Origin: an uncultured Acidobacteriota bacterium
GTDB lineage: Bacteria > Acidobacteriota > Thermoanaerobaculia > UBA5066 > DATFVB01
Direction: 5' to 3'
NCBI GenBank assembly: GCA_963813155.1
Contig: CAWEYG010000003.1
Coordinates: 736,001-800,000, forward strand
Length of the DNA: 64,000 nt
The notes under the pieces are model-generated. The model saw nothing but the letters and a program-made list of their open reading frames with translations, ran no database searches and was not told the DNA's origin. Shown piece by piece: positions 10,281 to 19,386 of this stretch (position 1 is the first letter of the stretch; each line of letters opens with the position of its first letter). Made by a program: the position numbers and the translations under genes.

Positions 10281-10788
10281 ACCCGTGTCCTCCCGCGGGT
10301 ATACCGTGCACGATTTGTGCCAGCGAGAGCGAGCGGCGCCTTCGCGGCCGGTAAGGGCCTTCGAACGCGTTTCGGAGGATCTCGACCCGCGCCACCCCGT
10401 TCTCCTCGAGGATCGCGACGACGTCGAACCGGGCCGCAGAGCCAGTCTTCTTGCGTTTCGCGAGATACCATTCCGCCGTGCGCGCAAGGCGCCGCTGCTT
10501 CTCCGGCGTGACGGCCTCCGCCGGATGGCCCATGTTCTCGTCCCGCCGCCATTTCACCTCGACGAAGCAGAGCACGTCCCGCTCCCGCGCGACGACGTCG
10601 ATTTCCCCGATGGGCGTTCGAAAATTTCGCTCGACGATCTCGTAGCCGGCTTCGACGAGCGCGTCGATCGCGAGCGTCTCTCCCCGCTGCCCGACGCCGC
10701 GCAACCCCTCCCACTCGGGCAGGTCGTCTTCGCGGCCGAGCTTCGACAGCGCCTCGCGGATGTATTCGAGCGGAGTCCGCAGCATCAC
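10207..10788 (-). CDS. yraN: YraN / UPF0102 family putative nuclease
   Basis: GQRGETLA...GYEIVERNFR...GEIDVVA...FVEVK...RFDVVAI...NAF. The 3' tail overlapping the next gene is uncertain. Confidence 0.88.
   Translation of the reverse strand: MMLRTPLEYIREALSKLGREDDLPEWEGLRGVGQRGETLAIDALVEAGYEIVERNFRTPIGEIDVVARERDVLCFVEVKWRRDENMGHPAEAVTPEKQRRLARTAEWYLAKRKKTGSAARFDVVAILEENGVARVEILRNAFEGPYRPRRRRSLSLAQIVHGIPAGGHGYETHFFRRRRHDTHAGRRGQPARP
10307..10322 (-). promoter_or_regulatory. Putative sigma-54 (-24/-12) promoter
   Basis: Minus strand TGGCACAAATCGTGCA has GG-N10-GC spacing and lies about 27 nt upstream of ATG 10280. Confidence 0.6.
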
Positions 10789-10827
10789 GCCGGATTATCT
10801 CTCTTCGCGTGTTAAACTTCGCGCGCT

Positions 10828-12879
10828 TTGGACGCCGCTTTTCTCGTCTCCGCCATCCGTCAGGGCCTGGCGGAAGCCGTTCGAGTCGCCCTCGAGGGCG
10901 CCTTCGGCGTCACCGACGCGGAGTTCTCCCTCGAACGGCCGCCGAACGTCTCGCAGGGAGACCTGTCGACGACGATCGCCTTCGACCTGGCGAAGCGCCT
11001 TCGGAAGGCTCCGCGCGCGATCGCGGCCGAGCTCGCGCGGACCCTCGTTCTCCCGCCCGGCGTCGCCGGGGCCGCCGTCGAAGGGGCGGGATACCTGAAT
11101 TTCCGCCTCGATCGCGGCGCGTTCGTCGCCGGAATGTTCCGGCCTCGACCCACCGGGGTCGCGGAACCGCCGGCCCGCGCCGGCAAAGTCATCGTCGAGC
11201 ACACGAACATCAACCCCAACAAGGCCGCTCACATCGGCCACCTTCGCAATGCCGTCCTCGGCGACACTCTCGTGCGCTGTCTCCGGCATGCCGGCCGCGA
11301 GGTGGAAGTGCAGAACTACATCGACGACACGGGCGTCCAGGTGGCCGACGTGGTCGTCGGCTTTCTCGACGTCCGGCGATGGACGCTCGAACAGATCGAG
11401 GATGCGATCCGGAGCCCCGCCGCGAGCGGCGCGAGATATCGGACGTTCGGCGACCTCTGCTGGGACGTGTATGCCGACGTGGGGCGCGAGTACGAGCAGC
11501 GCCCCGAGACGAAGGGCCTTCGGGCGGAGACGCTCCATGCGATGGAAGAGGGGGGCAACCTCCGATCCGCGTCGGCCGAGAAAATCGCCGCGGCGATCGT
11601 CGCGGAACACGTCGCGACGATGGGCCGGATCGGGGTCGCCTACGATCTCCTTCCCCGCGAATCCGACATCCTCAAGAAGCATTTCTGGGTTCGCGCCTTC
11701 TCTCTCCTGAAGGAGCGGGACGCGATCGCCCTCGAAAGCGAGGGCCGCCACGCCGGCTGCTGGGTCATGAGACTGTCCGCCTCGGAAGCCTTTGCCGGTC
11801 TCGACGAGCCGGACAAGATTCTCGTCCGCAGCAACGGAACCGTCACGTACACCGGCAAGGACATCGCCTACCAGCTCTGGAAGTTCGGACGCCTGGGGCT
11901 CGACTTCGACTATGCGCCGTACGAACCCGACTGGTCGGCCGGGCGCGGGGGCGCGGGGGCCGTTCCGGACGAAGTCCGGCGTCACCCGGTCTGGCAGACG
12001 TCAACCGGCGCCCCGCCGTCGTCGCCCGGCTTCGGCTCGGCCGCGAGAGTCTTCAACGTGATCGACGTCCGCCAGTCCTACCCCCAGAAGGTCGTTCAGG
12101 AAGGACTGAGGGTCCTCGGTTTCGGCGACGAGGCCGACGCGTCGGTGCACTTCGCGTACGAGATGGTCGCCCTGACACCGGGAACGGTGCGCCGGCTCCA
12201 CGACGTCTACGGAGACGAGTACCGCCTCTCCGAAGAAGACGAAAAGAAAGCATTCGTCGAGATGTCGGGGCGGAAGGGACAGGGCGTCAAGGCGCACGAC
12301 CTGCTCGAGACGATGGTCGAACAGGCGCTCGCCCAGATCCGGGAGCGGGATCCCGCCCTCGCGCCCGGCGAGGCGGAAGTCCGGGCTCGCGAGATCGCCG
12401 TCGGCGCCCTCCGGTATTTCATGCTGAAGTTCGGCCGCAACAAGATCCTCGCGTTCGATTTCGATGAGGCCTTGAACTTCGAGGGCGACACCGGGCCGTA
12501 CCTCCAGTATTCGGTCGTGCGGGCCGAGAACATCTTTCGGAAGCTCGAGGGAATGGGAATCGCCGCGGCTGTCGACCCGGGCTCGCTGGACCGGCTCGCC
12601 GCCGCGGACTGGCCCGACGACCTCTGGGAGATCTTTCTCGAGGTCTCCCGGATCACGGAAGTCGTCGAACGGGCCCTCTCGTCGCTCGAGCTGGCGGCCG
12701 TCGCGAGGCACGCCTTCTCGCTCGCGCAGCTCTTTTCCCAGTTCTACCACCGGCACCCGATCGCGCAGGAACGCGACGAGGTCCTCCGCGCGCAGAAAGT
12801 CGCCGCGGCGCGGGCCTTCCACTCCGGGCTCGGGCTCCTTTTATCGCTTCTGGGAATCCCCTCGCCCGAAAAGATGTAG
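10828..12879 (+). CDS. argS: Arginine--tRNA ligase
   Basis: VEHTNINPNKAAHIGHLRNA (HIGH motif), MSGRKG, FEGDTGPYLQY, DALR-type C-terminus ending PEKM. Confidence 0.96.
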   Translation: MDAAFLVSAIRQGLAEAVRVALEGAFGVTDAEFSLERPPNVSQGDLSTTIAFDLAKRLRKAPRAIAAELARTLVLPPGVAGAAVEGAGYLNFRLDRGAFVAGMFRPRPTGVAEPPARAGKVIVEHTNINPNKAAHIGHLRNAVLGDTLVRCLRHAGREVEVQNYIDDTGVQVADVVVGFLDVRRWTLEQIEDAIRSPAASGARYRTFGDLCWDVYADVGREYEQRPETKGLRAETLHAMEEGGNLRSASAEKIAAAIVAEHVATMGRIGVAYDLLPRESDILKKHFWVRAFSLLKERDAIALESEGRHAGCWVMRLSASEAFAGLDEPDKILVRSNGTVTYTGKDIAYQLWKFGRLGLDFDYAPYEPDWSAGRGGAGAVPDEVRRHPVWQTSTGAPPSSPGFGSAARVFNVIDVRQSYPQKVVQEGLRVLGFGDEADASVHFAYEMVALTPGTVRRLHDVYGDEYRLSEEDEKKAFVEMSGRKGQGVKAHDLLETMVEQALAQIRERDPALAPGEAEVRAREIAVGALRYFMLKFGRNKILAFDFDEALNFEGDTGPYLQYSVVRAENIFRKLEGMGIAAAVDPGSLDRLAAADWPDDLWEIFLEVSRITEVVERALSSLELAAVARHAFSLAQLFSQFYHRHPIAQERDEVLRAQKVAAARAFHSGLGLLLSLLGIPSPEKM

Positions 12880-13170
12880 CCCCGGCAGGACCTTCCCGCC
12901 CGCGAACCGCGCGACGACGGGCGCGAGCTTCAAAAGCCATTTCGCCGATCGAAAGCCTCGGCGCAGGGAGGTCATCCGCAGAACCGCGGCCGAGGTCAGC
13001 AACGCGAGGCCGCCCCACTTGAGTGAATTGCCCGCCTTCTCGAGGCCCGACGTGAGATCGGCCGCGCCCTGCCGGGTCGCGAACTCGAGTTCCCGGAAAC
13101 GTCGGCCGACGCGGTCGCGTTCGCTCGCGCCCGCGGCGATCCACCGGCTCCACTTCTCCTCGGAGCTCAT
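12841..13170 (-). CDS. Small hypothetical protein, YqjK-like position
   Basis: ATG overlaps the stop of the upstream holin-like gene (ATGA); basic, with one hydrophobic segment. Confidence 0.55.
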   Translation of the reverse strand: MSSEEKWSRWIAAGASERDRVGRRFRELEFATRQGAADLTSGLEKAGNSLKWGGLALLTSAAVLRMTSLRRGFRSAKWLLKLAPVVARFAGGKVLPGLHLFGRGDSQKR

Positions 13171-13595
13171 TGCTCCCCTCCGGTCCAGGACTCGAAATCC
13201 TTCCGGATCTCGCCCGCAGTCCGTTCGAACATCGGCCGGGACAGGCGGCTCCGAAGAGCGGCGAAGACCAGGCCGGCGGCGGAGAGAACGCAGATTCCGA
13301 AGCTCGCGAACACCGCCGCAATCAGGCTTCTGAACCAGAGATCCAGGAGAAGAACGACGCCGACGAGCAGGAAAACGAGAGCGAGGAACGACAGCGCCGC
13401 CGCTGTCGCGAAAAGGGCGACGCGGACGAGGGCAAAGCGGCTCCACTCCTTCGCCTCGCTCTTGGCCATCTCCCAGCGGAGAAAGCCGAGCGAGCCCAGG
13501 GCCGAAAGGAATGCGGCGAGCGAGCGCTTCCACTCCTGCCAGGTCCCGTCGGGGACCTCGGGAATCTCGTCCGATTCCACGTCCGGCTCGATCAA
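13167..13595 (-). CDS. YqjE / phage holin superfamily III-like 2-TM membrane protein
   Basis: LRWEMAKSEAKE followed by two TM helices and FERTAGEIRKD; TTG start overlaps the upstream TGA. Confidence 0.75.
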   Translation of the reverse strand: MIEPDVESDEIPEVPDGTWQEWKRSLAAFLSALGSLGFLRWEMAKSEAKEWSRFALVRVALFATAAALSFLALVFLLVGVVLLLDLWFRSLIAAVFASFGICVLSAAGLVFAALRSRLSRPMFERTAGEIRKDFESWTGGEQ

Positions 13596-13906
13596 TCGCG
13601 CGACGTGGCGACCACGACGGCGGCGATCGCGGCGATCGCGGCGGCGGCGACCCAGATCCTCCACGAGGATCGGCGCCGCCGGCGCGAAGTTCCCGTGAGG
13701 AGGGGCAGGCCGTATTCGCGCGCGAGCTCCGCCCCGTGGCGCGCCGCCAGCGCGAGCAGCTCGGCCCCTTCGTGCTTCGCCTCGCCGAGCAAACGGTTCG
13801 CGCGGGCCGCCGCGTCGGTGCGGACGTCTTCGTACCGTTCCGCGACGTCGCCCCGGCTCAGCAGCGCGCCGGATGCTTGGCCCAGAATCTCCGTCAGAGT
13901 TGCCAT
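13592..13906 (-). CDS. Tail-anchored helical protein (ElaB/YqjD-like)
   Basis: Ala-rich helical body with a single C-terminal TM (IWVAAAAIAAIAAVVVA); GGAGG upstream. Confidence 0.6.
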   Translation of the reverse strand: MATLTEILGQASGALLSRGDVAERYEDVRTDAAARANRLLGEAKHEGAELLALAARHGAELAREYGLPLLTGTSRRRRRSSWRIWVAAAAIAAIAAVVVATSRD

Positions 13907-13928
13907 CCCAAATGCCTCCGAACCCGAA

Positions 13929-14285
13929 TCATACGCCGTCAGCCGGCTCGGAAAAAAGCTTCTCTTCTTCTTCGGGAGTCCACAGCGAGTCCGGTTCGAG
14001 CGGCTCGAGATCCGCGGACTCGGACGATTCCACCCATCGCACCCTTTCGGCCGCGACGGCGTAAAAGCCGCGCCGGCCATCGATTCCGATCGCGCTCGTC
14101 TCCTCGGCCCGATTCGCGAGCCCCAGCCGGCCGGCGAGCCGAAGGAGGGGCACGCGGCCGCGGGCGAGAACGAGCTGGTCGTCCTCGGTCACGCGCAGGG
14201 GAGCGACGAACGCGAGGCGCTCGACCGGGAGAAAGAAGCTGCGGCCGCCGACTTCGATCGCGACGCCCGCCCGGCCGGAGATCAA
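13929..14285 (-). CDS. CheW-like protein (divergent)
   Basis: VGGRSFFLPVERL...RGRVPLLRLAGRLGL...YAVAAERV; TTG start coupled to the MCP stop. Confidence 0.65.
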   Translation of the reverse strand: MISGRAGVAIEVGGRSFFLPVERLAFVAPLRVTEDDQLVLARGRVPLLRLAGRLGLANRAEETSAIGIDGRRGFYAVAAERVRWVESSESADLEPLEPDSLWTPEEEEKLFSEPADGV

Positions 14286-16453
14286 CTCGACGCCCCCTCC
14301 AGCCGGAAGCGCTCGATCTCCCGCTCGAGCAATCCAATCTCGGAACGAAGAACCTGGATCGCCTCGCCGACCGCCGCCGCGCTCGCGCTGTTGTCGCCGC
14401 TCTGGCGGCGGACGCCGGAAATCAGCTCGACGAGCCGGGCGGATTCCGTCTTCTGCCGTTCGGTGGAGGCGAGGACCTCGCGAATCCGCGACAGCGTGCT
14501 CTCGGCCGCCTGGGCGATCGAGTCCCCCGCGTTCTTCTGCTCCCGGACGGCGCCCTTGATGGAAGCGGAGCGCTCGCGCATCGAGACGACGGCCTGCTCG
14601 ACGTGGCGTCCGCCCGCTTTCTGCTGCGACATCGCCGAGGCGATCTGCGCAATCTGTTCGCGAACGCGGTCGATCGCCGTCGCGACCCGGTGGGAGCCCT
14701 CGCTCTGTTCGGCGGTCGCGCGGGCGATCTCCGCGGCGGACTCGCTCGCCAGGCGCGACCGGTCGAGAATTTTCGAGAGCCTCTCTCCGGCGCCCTGCGA
14801 CCGGCCGACGCCGTCCTCGACGCGGCGAACACTCTCCTTCATCGAGTCGGAGAGAGCGCCGATTTCCTGCTGGATTCCCGAAAGCAGCTGGCCGATCTCC
14901 GAAGCTCCCGCCGAGGCGCGCTGGGACAGGGCGCGAATCTCGGCCGCGACGACGCCGAATCCTTTTCCTTCTTCGCCGGACTGCGCCGCGAGAATCGCGG
15001 CGTTGAGCGCGAGCAGGTGCGTCTCGCCGGCGACTTCCTCGATCATCCCGACGATCTTCCCGATTTCGCGCGACCGCTCGCCGAGCGCGTTCATGCGCGC
15101 CGAGTCGCCTTTCACCGCGTCGCGCACGGCCGACATCGCGGACACGGTCTTCATGACCGCCCCCTGCCCTCCCTCGGCGTCGGTCGCCGCCCCTTCCGAG
15201 AGCTGCGCGCTCTTCTTCGCGCTCTCCCGGACCTGGCGGATCGACGCGTCGATTTCCGTCATCGAGGTCGCCGTCTCGGCGGCGAAAGCCGACAGCGTCT
15301 CGAGCGACGAGTCGATCGACGAGATCGACTGCGCCATCTCCACCGCCGCCGTCGACATCTCCTCGATCGAGGCGTGGAGGGCGTCCATGTGCTGCGAGAC
15401 CTCTTCGAGGGACGCCGCCATTTCGAGAATCGACGAGCCGGTCTGCTCGGCCGAAGCGGAGAGATCTTCCATCCGCTCTCCGATCCGCCGCGAGTCGGAA
15501 TCGGACTGCTCGATCGAGGCCGAGGCCTTATCGACGATCTCGTTCTGCGCCACCGCGCGGCCGGCGACCGCTTCGGTGTCGCGCTGAATTCCTTCCGCGA
15601 CCTTGCGGACGCGGCGCTGCCCTTCGCGAATCCGCACGGCGATGCCGGCCAGGCCCTCCGCCATCGAATTGAACGCGGAGGCCAGCACACCGATCTCGTT
15701 GCGTCGGGTAACCGCGATCCGGCGCGTGAGGTCGCCAGACGCCATCTTCCCGGCGGAAAACGCGATGCTTTCGAGGGGTTTGATCATGTAGCGCGCCGCG
15801 AAGACAATGATGAGGATGCCGACGGCCAGGCCGACGAGCGTCAGCGCGGCGCCCAGCCCCCACACGGTCCGGCGCATGTCCTGCCAGTCCCGGGAATTCA
15901 TGACCAGCCGAAGCGTTCCCACGATCGCCGATTTCCGGAAGTTCTCCACGTCCGCACGCGCGACGCCCGCCGTGACGATCGCGTCCTCGGAAACCCGGGC
16001 GAGCTCGGGCCGGCTCGCGACGCCGAGGCGATCGAGCGCCCTCGCGTCCGCGGGCGTGTCCGCGACCGGGGCGCCGAACGCAATCTCCCCGGCGGGCAGG
16101 GCGCGGGAGGTTCCCAGCGCCGCGGGCCGCTTCGAAGCGTCGCTCTGCGCGAGGAGCTTTCCGTCGCCGTCGAGGAATTCGACGTAGTCGACCGAGCGGT
16201 TGAGAAGCAGGGACTGGGCGATGTCGCGGAGGTTCGCCTCCAGGCGGAAGTCCACGTAGTAGCCGCTCCCCGCGGCGATCGTCTTCGACAGCGACGTTCC
16301 TTCCCGCTTGAGGCGCTCGAAGAACGTCTTCCGGGCGATCAGCGTAAACAGAATCAGGTACGCCGCCGCGGTGCCGACGAGAAGTGCGATCACGACCGAC
16401 ACGAGCTGGGCGATCAGCGAGGCGTTCCGGCTGCGGGACATCATCTGACTCAT
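14282..16453 (-). CDS. Methyl-accepting chemotaxis protein with HAMP and a long signalling coiled coil
   Basis: Two TMs, HAMP (GDLTRRI...NEIGVLASAFN), hairpin tip THLLALNAAILAAQSGEEGKGFGVVAAEIRAL; ATG 16453 overlaps the kinase stop. Confidence 0.92.
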   Translation of the reverse strand: MSQMMSRSRNASLIAQLVSVVIALLVGTAAAYLILFTLIARKTFFERLKREGTSLSKTIAAGSGYYVDFRLEANLRDIAQSLLLNRSVDYVEFLDGDGKLLAQSDASKRPAALGTSRALPAGEIAFGAPVADTPADARALDRLGVASRPELARVSEDAIVTAGVARADVENFRKSAIVGTLRLVMNSRDWQDMRRTVWGLGAALTLVGLAVGILIIVFAARYMIKPLESIAFSAGKMASGDLTRRIAVTRRNEIGVLASAFNSMAEGLAGIAVRIREGQRRVRKVAEGIQRDTEAVAGRAVAQNEIVDKASASIEQSDSDSRRIGERMEDLSASAEQTGSSILEMAASLEEVSQHMDALHASIEEMSTAAVEMAQSISSIDSSLETLSAFAAETATSMTEIDASIRQVRESAKKSAQLSEGAATDAEGGQGAVMKTVSAMSAVRDAVKGDSARMNALGERSREIGKIVGMIEEVAGETHLLALNAAILAAQSGEEGKGFGVVAAEIRALSQRASAGASEIGQLLSGIQQEIGALSDSMKESVRRVEDGVGRSQGAGERLSKILDRSRLASESAAEIARATAEQSEGSHRVATAIDRVREQIAQIASAMSQQKAGGRHVEQAVVSMRERSASIKGAVREQKNAGDSIAQAAESTLSRIREVLASTERQKTESARLVELISGVRRQSGDNSASAAAVGEAIQVLRSEIGLLEREIERFRLEGASS

Positions 16454-17475
16454 CCTGGACTTGAGGAAAAGGATATCAGATCTCCGAATCGCAGCCCGTC
16501 GTTTTCGGGCGACGCTTCGAAGATCGCCCCGCCCGCGAGCCCGCGAAGGGCGTCGACGACGGCCTCCCTCCGCGGCGCCGGGGTCAGGATCGCAAGGACG
16601 CCGCCGCCTCCCGCTCCGCACGCCTTCGCGCCCCAGGCGCCCGCCGCCCGGCTCCGCCGGTCGGCCTCGTCGAGGAGATCGGTCGACGCGCGCTTCGACA
16701 GCCGCTTGCGAAACGCCCACTCTTCTCCCATCGCGAGTCCCATCGCTTCGAAGTCGAGGCCATGAGACGCCCGGGCCAGCGCGAGCGCGCAGTCCCGGAT
16801 GCCGTCGAGCGCGTCGCGCACGCTCGCGTCTCCGTCGATTCGGGCCTTGTAGATCTCCCAGTTGTTCAGGCCCGAAGAATGCGAGGTCCCCGAGTCGAAG
16901 AGCACGAGATGCCTCGAGAAATCCTCCGCGGGCACCGCCCGGGTCTCGATGACCGCGCCGCCGATCCCGAAGGAAATCACGTTCAGGCCGCCGCGAAGCG
17001 CGGATTCGTAGTCCTGCGTGCCCGCCGGCGCCCCGAGAACGCGGGTCTCGACGTCGCGGCAGATTTCGCAGATCCGCTCAGCCGGCAGCTCGGTCTCGGA
17101 AAAACGCGCGAGGGCGGCGACGATGGCGACGAGCAGCGCCGACGATCCGCCGAGGCCGGACCCGAACGGCACCGCCGACGAGGTCTCGATGCGCAGCCCG
17201 TTCTCGAGACCGAGGGCGAGGGCCGCCCCCGAGGCGATCGAGGCCTCGCGGCTCTGCCCGGCCGAGCGCACGGTCTCGTACCGCCGTTCGAACCGGAGGT
17301 CCTGCGAAACGAGCTCGAATCCGGAGCCGATCGCGGACACCGCCGCGCGCGCCCGGCGATCGATCGCAAGGTTCACGGTCTTCGAGTTTTCGTGGAGGAG
17401 ATAGAGAGGCCACAGATCGAGGGTGCCGCCGGCCAGGTCCACGCGGGCCGGGGCGGACGCGGAAACGCCGGTCAG
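16450..17475 (-). CDS. GHMP-family sugar kinase (HddA / heptose-7-phosphate kinase-like)
   Basis: APARVDLAGGTLD, PFGSGLGGSS, GTQD, GAKACGAGGGG. Probable CTG start overlapping the upstream TGA. Confidence 0.88.
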   Translation of the reverse strand: MTGVSASAPARVDLAGGTLDLWPLYLLHENSKTVNLAIDRRARAAVSAIGSGFELVSQDLRFERRYETVRSAGQSREASIASGAALALGLENGLRIETSSAVPFGSGLGGSSALLVAIVAALARFSETELPAERICEICRDVETRVLGAPAGTQDYESALRGGLNVISFGIGGAVIETRAVPAEDFSRHLVLFDSGTSHSSGLNNWEIYKARIDGDASVRDALDGIRDCALALARASHGLDFEAMGLAMGEEWAFRKRLSKRASTDLLDEADRRSRAAGAWGAKACGAGGGGVLAILTPAPRREAVVDALRGLAGGAIFEASPENDGLRFGDLISFSSSPG

Positions 17476-18056
17476 CGAATGCTCTCGGCCGCGACGACGT
17501 GGCTCGCCGGGAAGTACCGCCCGGCCATCGCGACCTCGCCGGTCGGGTACGATTCCGGGCACGCCTCGCGGTTGAGCAGGATCCAGACTTCTCCGTCGTC
17601 GGAACGGAACGCCGCAAGATGCGGATTCGACCCGGCGGGCGCCGCGGCGATCTCGGCCTTTCCCTTCAGAGCGCAGCGCAGGCAGAAGATCCGGCCGCGC
17701 AGCACGCGCTCCACCGGCTTCTCCTTCAGAGCGTCCCTTTCGACGGGAGATCGCGAGATCGAATCCGCGACGACGGGAATCACGAGGAGACAGAGGGCCG
17801 CGGCGGCGACGGCCGGCCGCCACGCTCGCCTTCTCGAAGGCAGCCGCATGCGGGCGATCCGGCGCCGAAGGTCGGCGGGAGCCGGCTGCCGCGGCGAGCG
17901 GTCCTTCAGGATCGCGCGGACGCGGCGAAAGGAGTCCAGACGAACGGCGCACCGCTCGCACCTCGAAAGGTGCAGCGCGACCTGACGGCGGTCGCCCTCG
18001 GCGAGCTCCCCGTCGAGGTAGGCATTCAGGAAAAATCTGGTTCTGGCGCAGTCCAT
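17472..18056 (-). CDS. Zinc-finger (ZAS, HxxxCxxC) transmembrane anti-sigma factor
   Basis: MDC...YLDGEL...HLSRCERC, one TM, C-terminal domain with CLRC...H; directly follows the ECF sigma. Confidence 0.88.
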   Translation of the reverse strand: MDCARTRFFLNAYLDGELAEGDRRQVALHLSRCERCAVRLDSFRRVRAILKDRSPRQPAPADLRRRIARMRLPSRRRAWRPAVAAAALCLLVIPVVADSISRSPVERDALKEKPVERVLRGRIFCLRCALKGKAEIAAAPAGSNPHLAAFRSDDGEVWILLNREACPESYPTGEVAMAGRYFPASHVVAAESIR

Positions 18057-18101
18057 AAGTGAAAATCTCGCGACGTCACCGACGCGATATTCTCCCTTAA
18101 G

Positions 18102-18127
18102 AACGGATAAATTTCGATCCCTATTCC
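18102..18127 (-). promoter_or_regulatory. Putative SigH/SigR-type promoter upstream of the anti-sigma gene
   Basis: Minus strand GGAAT-N18-GTT, matching the established SigR/SigH consensus. Confidence 0.55.
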
Positions 18128-18148
18128 GGGGAACCGCCCGGGAGCCCT

Positions 18149-18787
18149 TTATTTCGAGGCTTTGAGGCGGGTTCGGGCCGGGGCTCCGCCCCGGAGGTAG
18201 CCGTGGGACTTCGCGTACCGCATGAGCGCCTTCTCGAGCAGCTTCCGGCCGCGGTAGAGACGCGACATGACCGTTCCCACCGGGCAATCGAGGATCTCGG
18301 CGATCTCCTTGTACGAGAAGTCCTCCAGATCGGCCAGGAGAACGACCATCCGGTAGTCCGTCGGGAGCGACTCGAGCGCCTTTTTGACGCCCTCGTCCAT
18401 GATGCTCGACAGGTACTGGGTCTCCGGGTCGAGCGGCACGTCGTCCGGGTCGTGGCGAACGATCCGCTCGAACGACTCCTCGATCTCGGAAAACTCGACG
18501 CTCTTGGGCTCCAGCTTTTTCTTACGGTAGTTGTTGATGAACGTGTTCTTCAAGATCTTGAAGAGCCAGGCCTTGAGGTTCGTTCCCTCTTCGAACTTGT
18601 CGTAGTACTTGTAGGCCTTGAAGAACGTCTCCTGGACGAGGTCTTCCGCGTCCTGGGAGTTTCCGGTCATCCGGTAGGCCGTGTTGTAGAGCGAGTCCAC
18701 GTACGGCATCGTTTTCGAGTCGAAATCCCACGCCGTGACTCCCTGGGGTCCCATCGGGGCGGTGGATTCAGTTGCAAGCTTCAGCAC
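18149..18787 (-). CDS. ECF sigma-70 factor, SigH/SigR (ECF12)-like
   Basis: DAEDLVQETFFKAY...GTNLKAWLFKILKNTFINNYRKK and FSYKEIAEILDCPVGTVMSRLYRGR; GTG 18787 has a GGAGG SD. Confidence 0.93.
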   Translation of the reverse strand: MLKLATESTAPMGPQGVTAWDFDSKTMPYVDSLYNTAYRMTGNSQDAEDLVQETFFKAYKYYDKFEEGTNLKAWLFKILKNTFINNYRKKKLEPKSVEFSEIEESFERIVRHDPDDVPLDPETQYLSSIMDEGVKKALESLPTDYRMVVLLADLEDFSYKEIAEILDCPVGTVMSRLYRGRKLLEKALMRYAKSHGYLRGGAPARTRLKASK

Positions 18788-18963
18788 GTCTTCCTCCAAA
18801 TCTGGAATAAATCGGTTGCAATTCCCCTGCCGGGCCCGCTCCGAGCCTTCCGACTTCGGCCTTCGAGCAGTTTCAGGGACTTACCGGAACCCCGGCTCAT
18901 CCCTGTTTACGAAGGGGCGTAGAAAAACGTTTCGGAGAATGTCAAAGTGGACGTGCTGCCCTG

Positions 18964-18996
18964 AAAAAAGGACGCCCCCGCCGGGCGGCGGGGGCG
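18964..18996 (-). terminator. Intrinsic terminator of the nuo-atp transcript
   Basis: 10-bp stem CGCCCCCGCC/GGCGGGGGCG followed by TCCTTTTTT on the minus strand, just after atpE. Confidence 0.9.
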
Positions 18997-19025
18997 CGAT
19001 ACAACGAAGTGCGGAACGGGAAGCC

Positions 19026-19343
19026 TTACGCCCCTTTGATCGCGAACGCGATCACGAGCGCGTAGATGACGAGCGACTCGATGAGCGCGAGGCCCAGAAT
19101 CGCCATCACGCGGATCGGCCCGGCCGCGCCGGGATTCCTCGCCATGCCCTCGCAGGCCGCCGCCGTCGCCTTGCCCTGCGCGAACGCGCCGCCGAACGCC
19201 GAGATCGCGATCGCAAACGCCGCGCCGATGACGCCCCATTTGACGCCGCCGGTCGCGCCCGCCGCCGCGGTCTCCTGGGCGAACGCCGGCATCGCCATCA
19301 ACGCCGTCGCCGCCAACCCCATGAACATTCCCTTTTTCGACAT
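19026..19343 (-). CDS. atpE: F0 ATP synthase subunit c
   Basis: GGAFAQG...ARNP...LIESLVIY; signal-peptide-like N-terminal extension. Confidence 0.96.
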   Translation of the reverse strand: MSKKGMFMGLAATALMAMPAFAQETAAAGATGGVKWGVIGAAFAIAISAFGGAFAQGKATAAACEGMARNPGAAGPIRVMAILGLALIESLVIYALVIAFAIKGA

Positions 19344-19386
19344 CAGACGAAACTCCTTTCAAAACCTCTCAATGTTCTTCGTGAAC

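Noticed and set aside
10207-10345. C-terminal extension of YraN overlapping the next gene
   Set aside because: Family similarity ends at NAFEG; the extension is probably an unconserved tail or an indel artefact.
12841-13906. Prophage lysis cassette suggested by the holin-like gene
   Set aside because: Context matches the chromosomal yqjD/E/K-type trio; no endolysin, structural or integrase genes are present.
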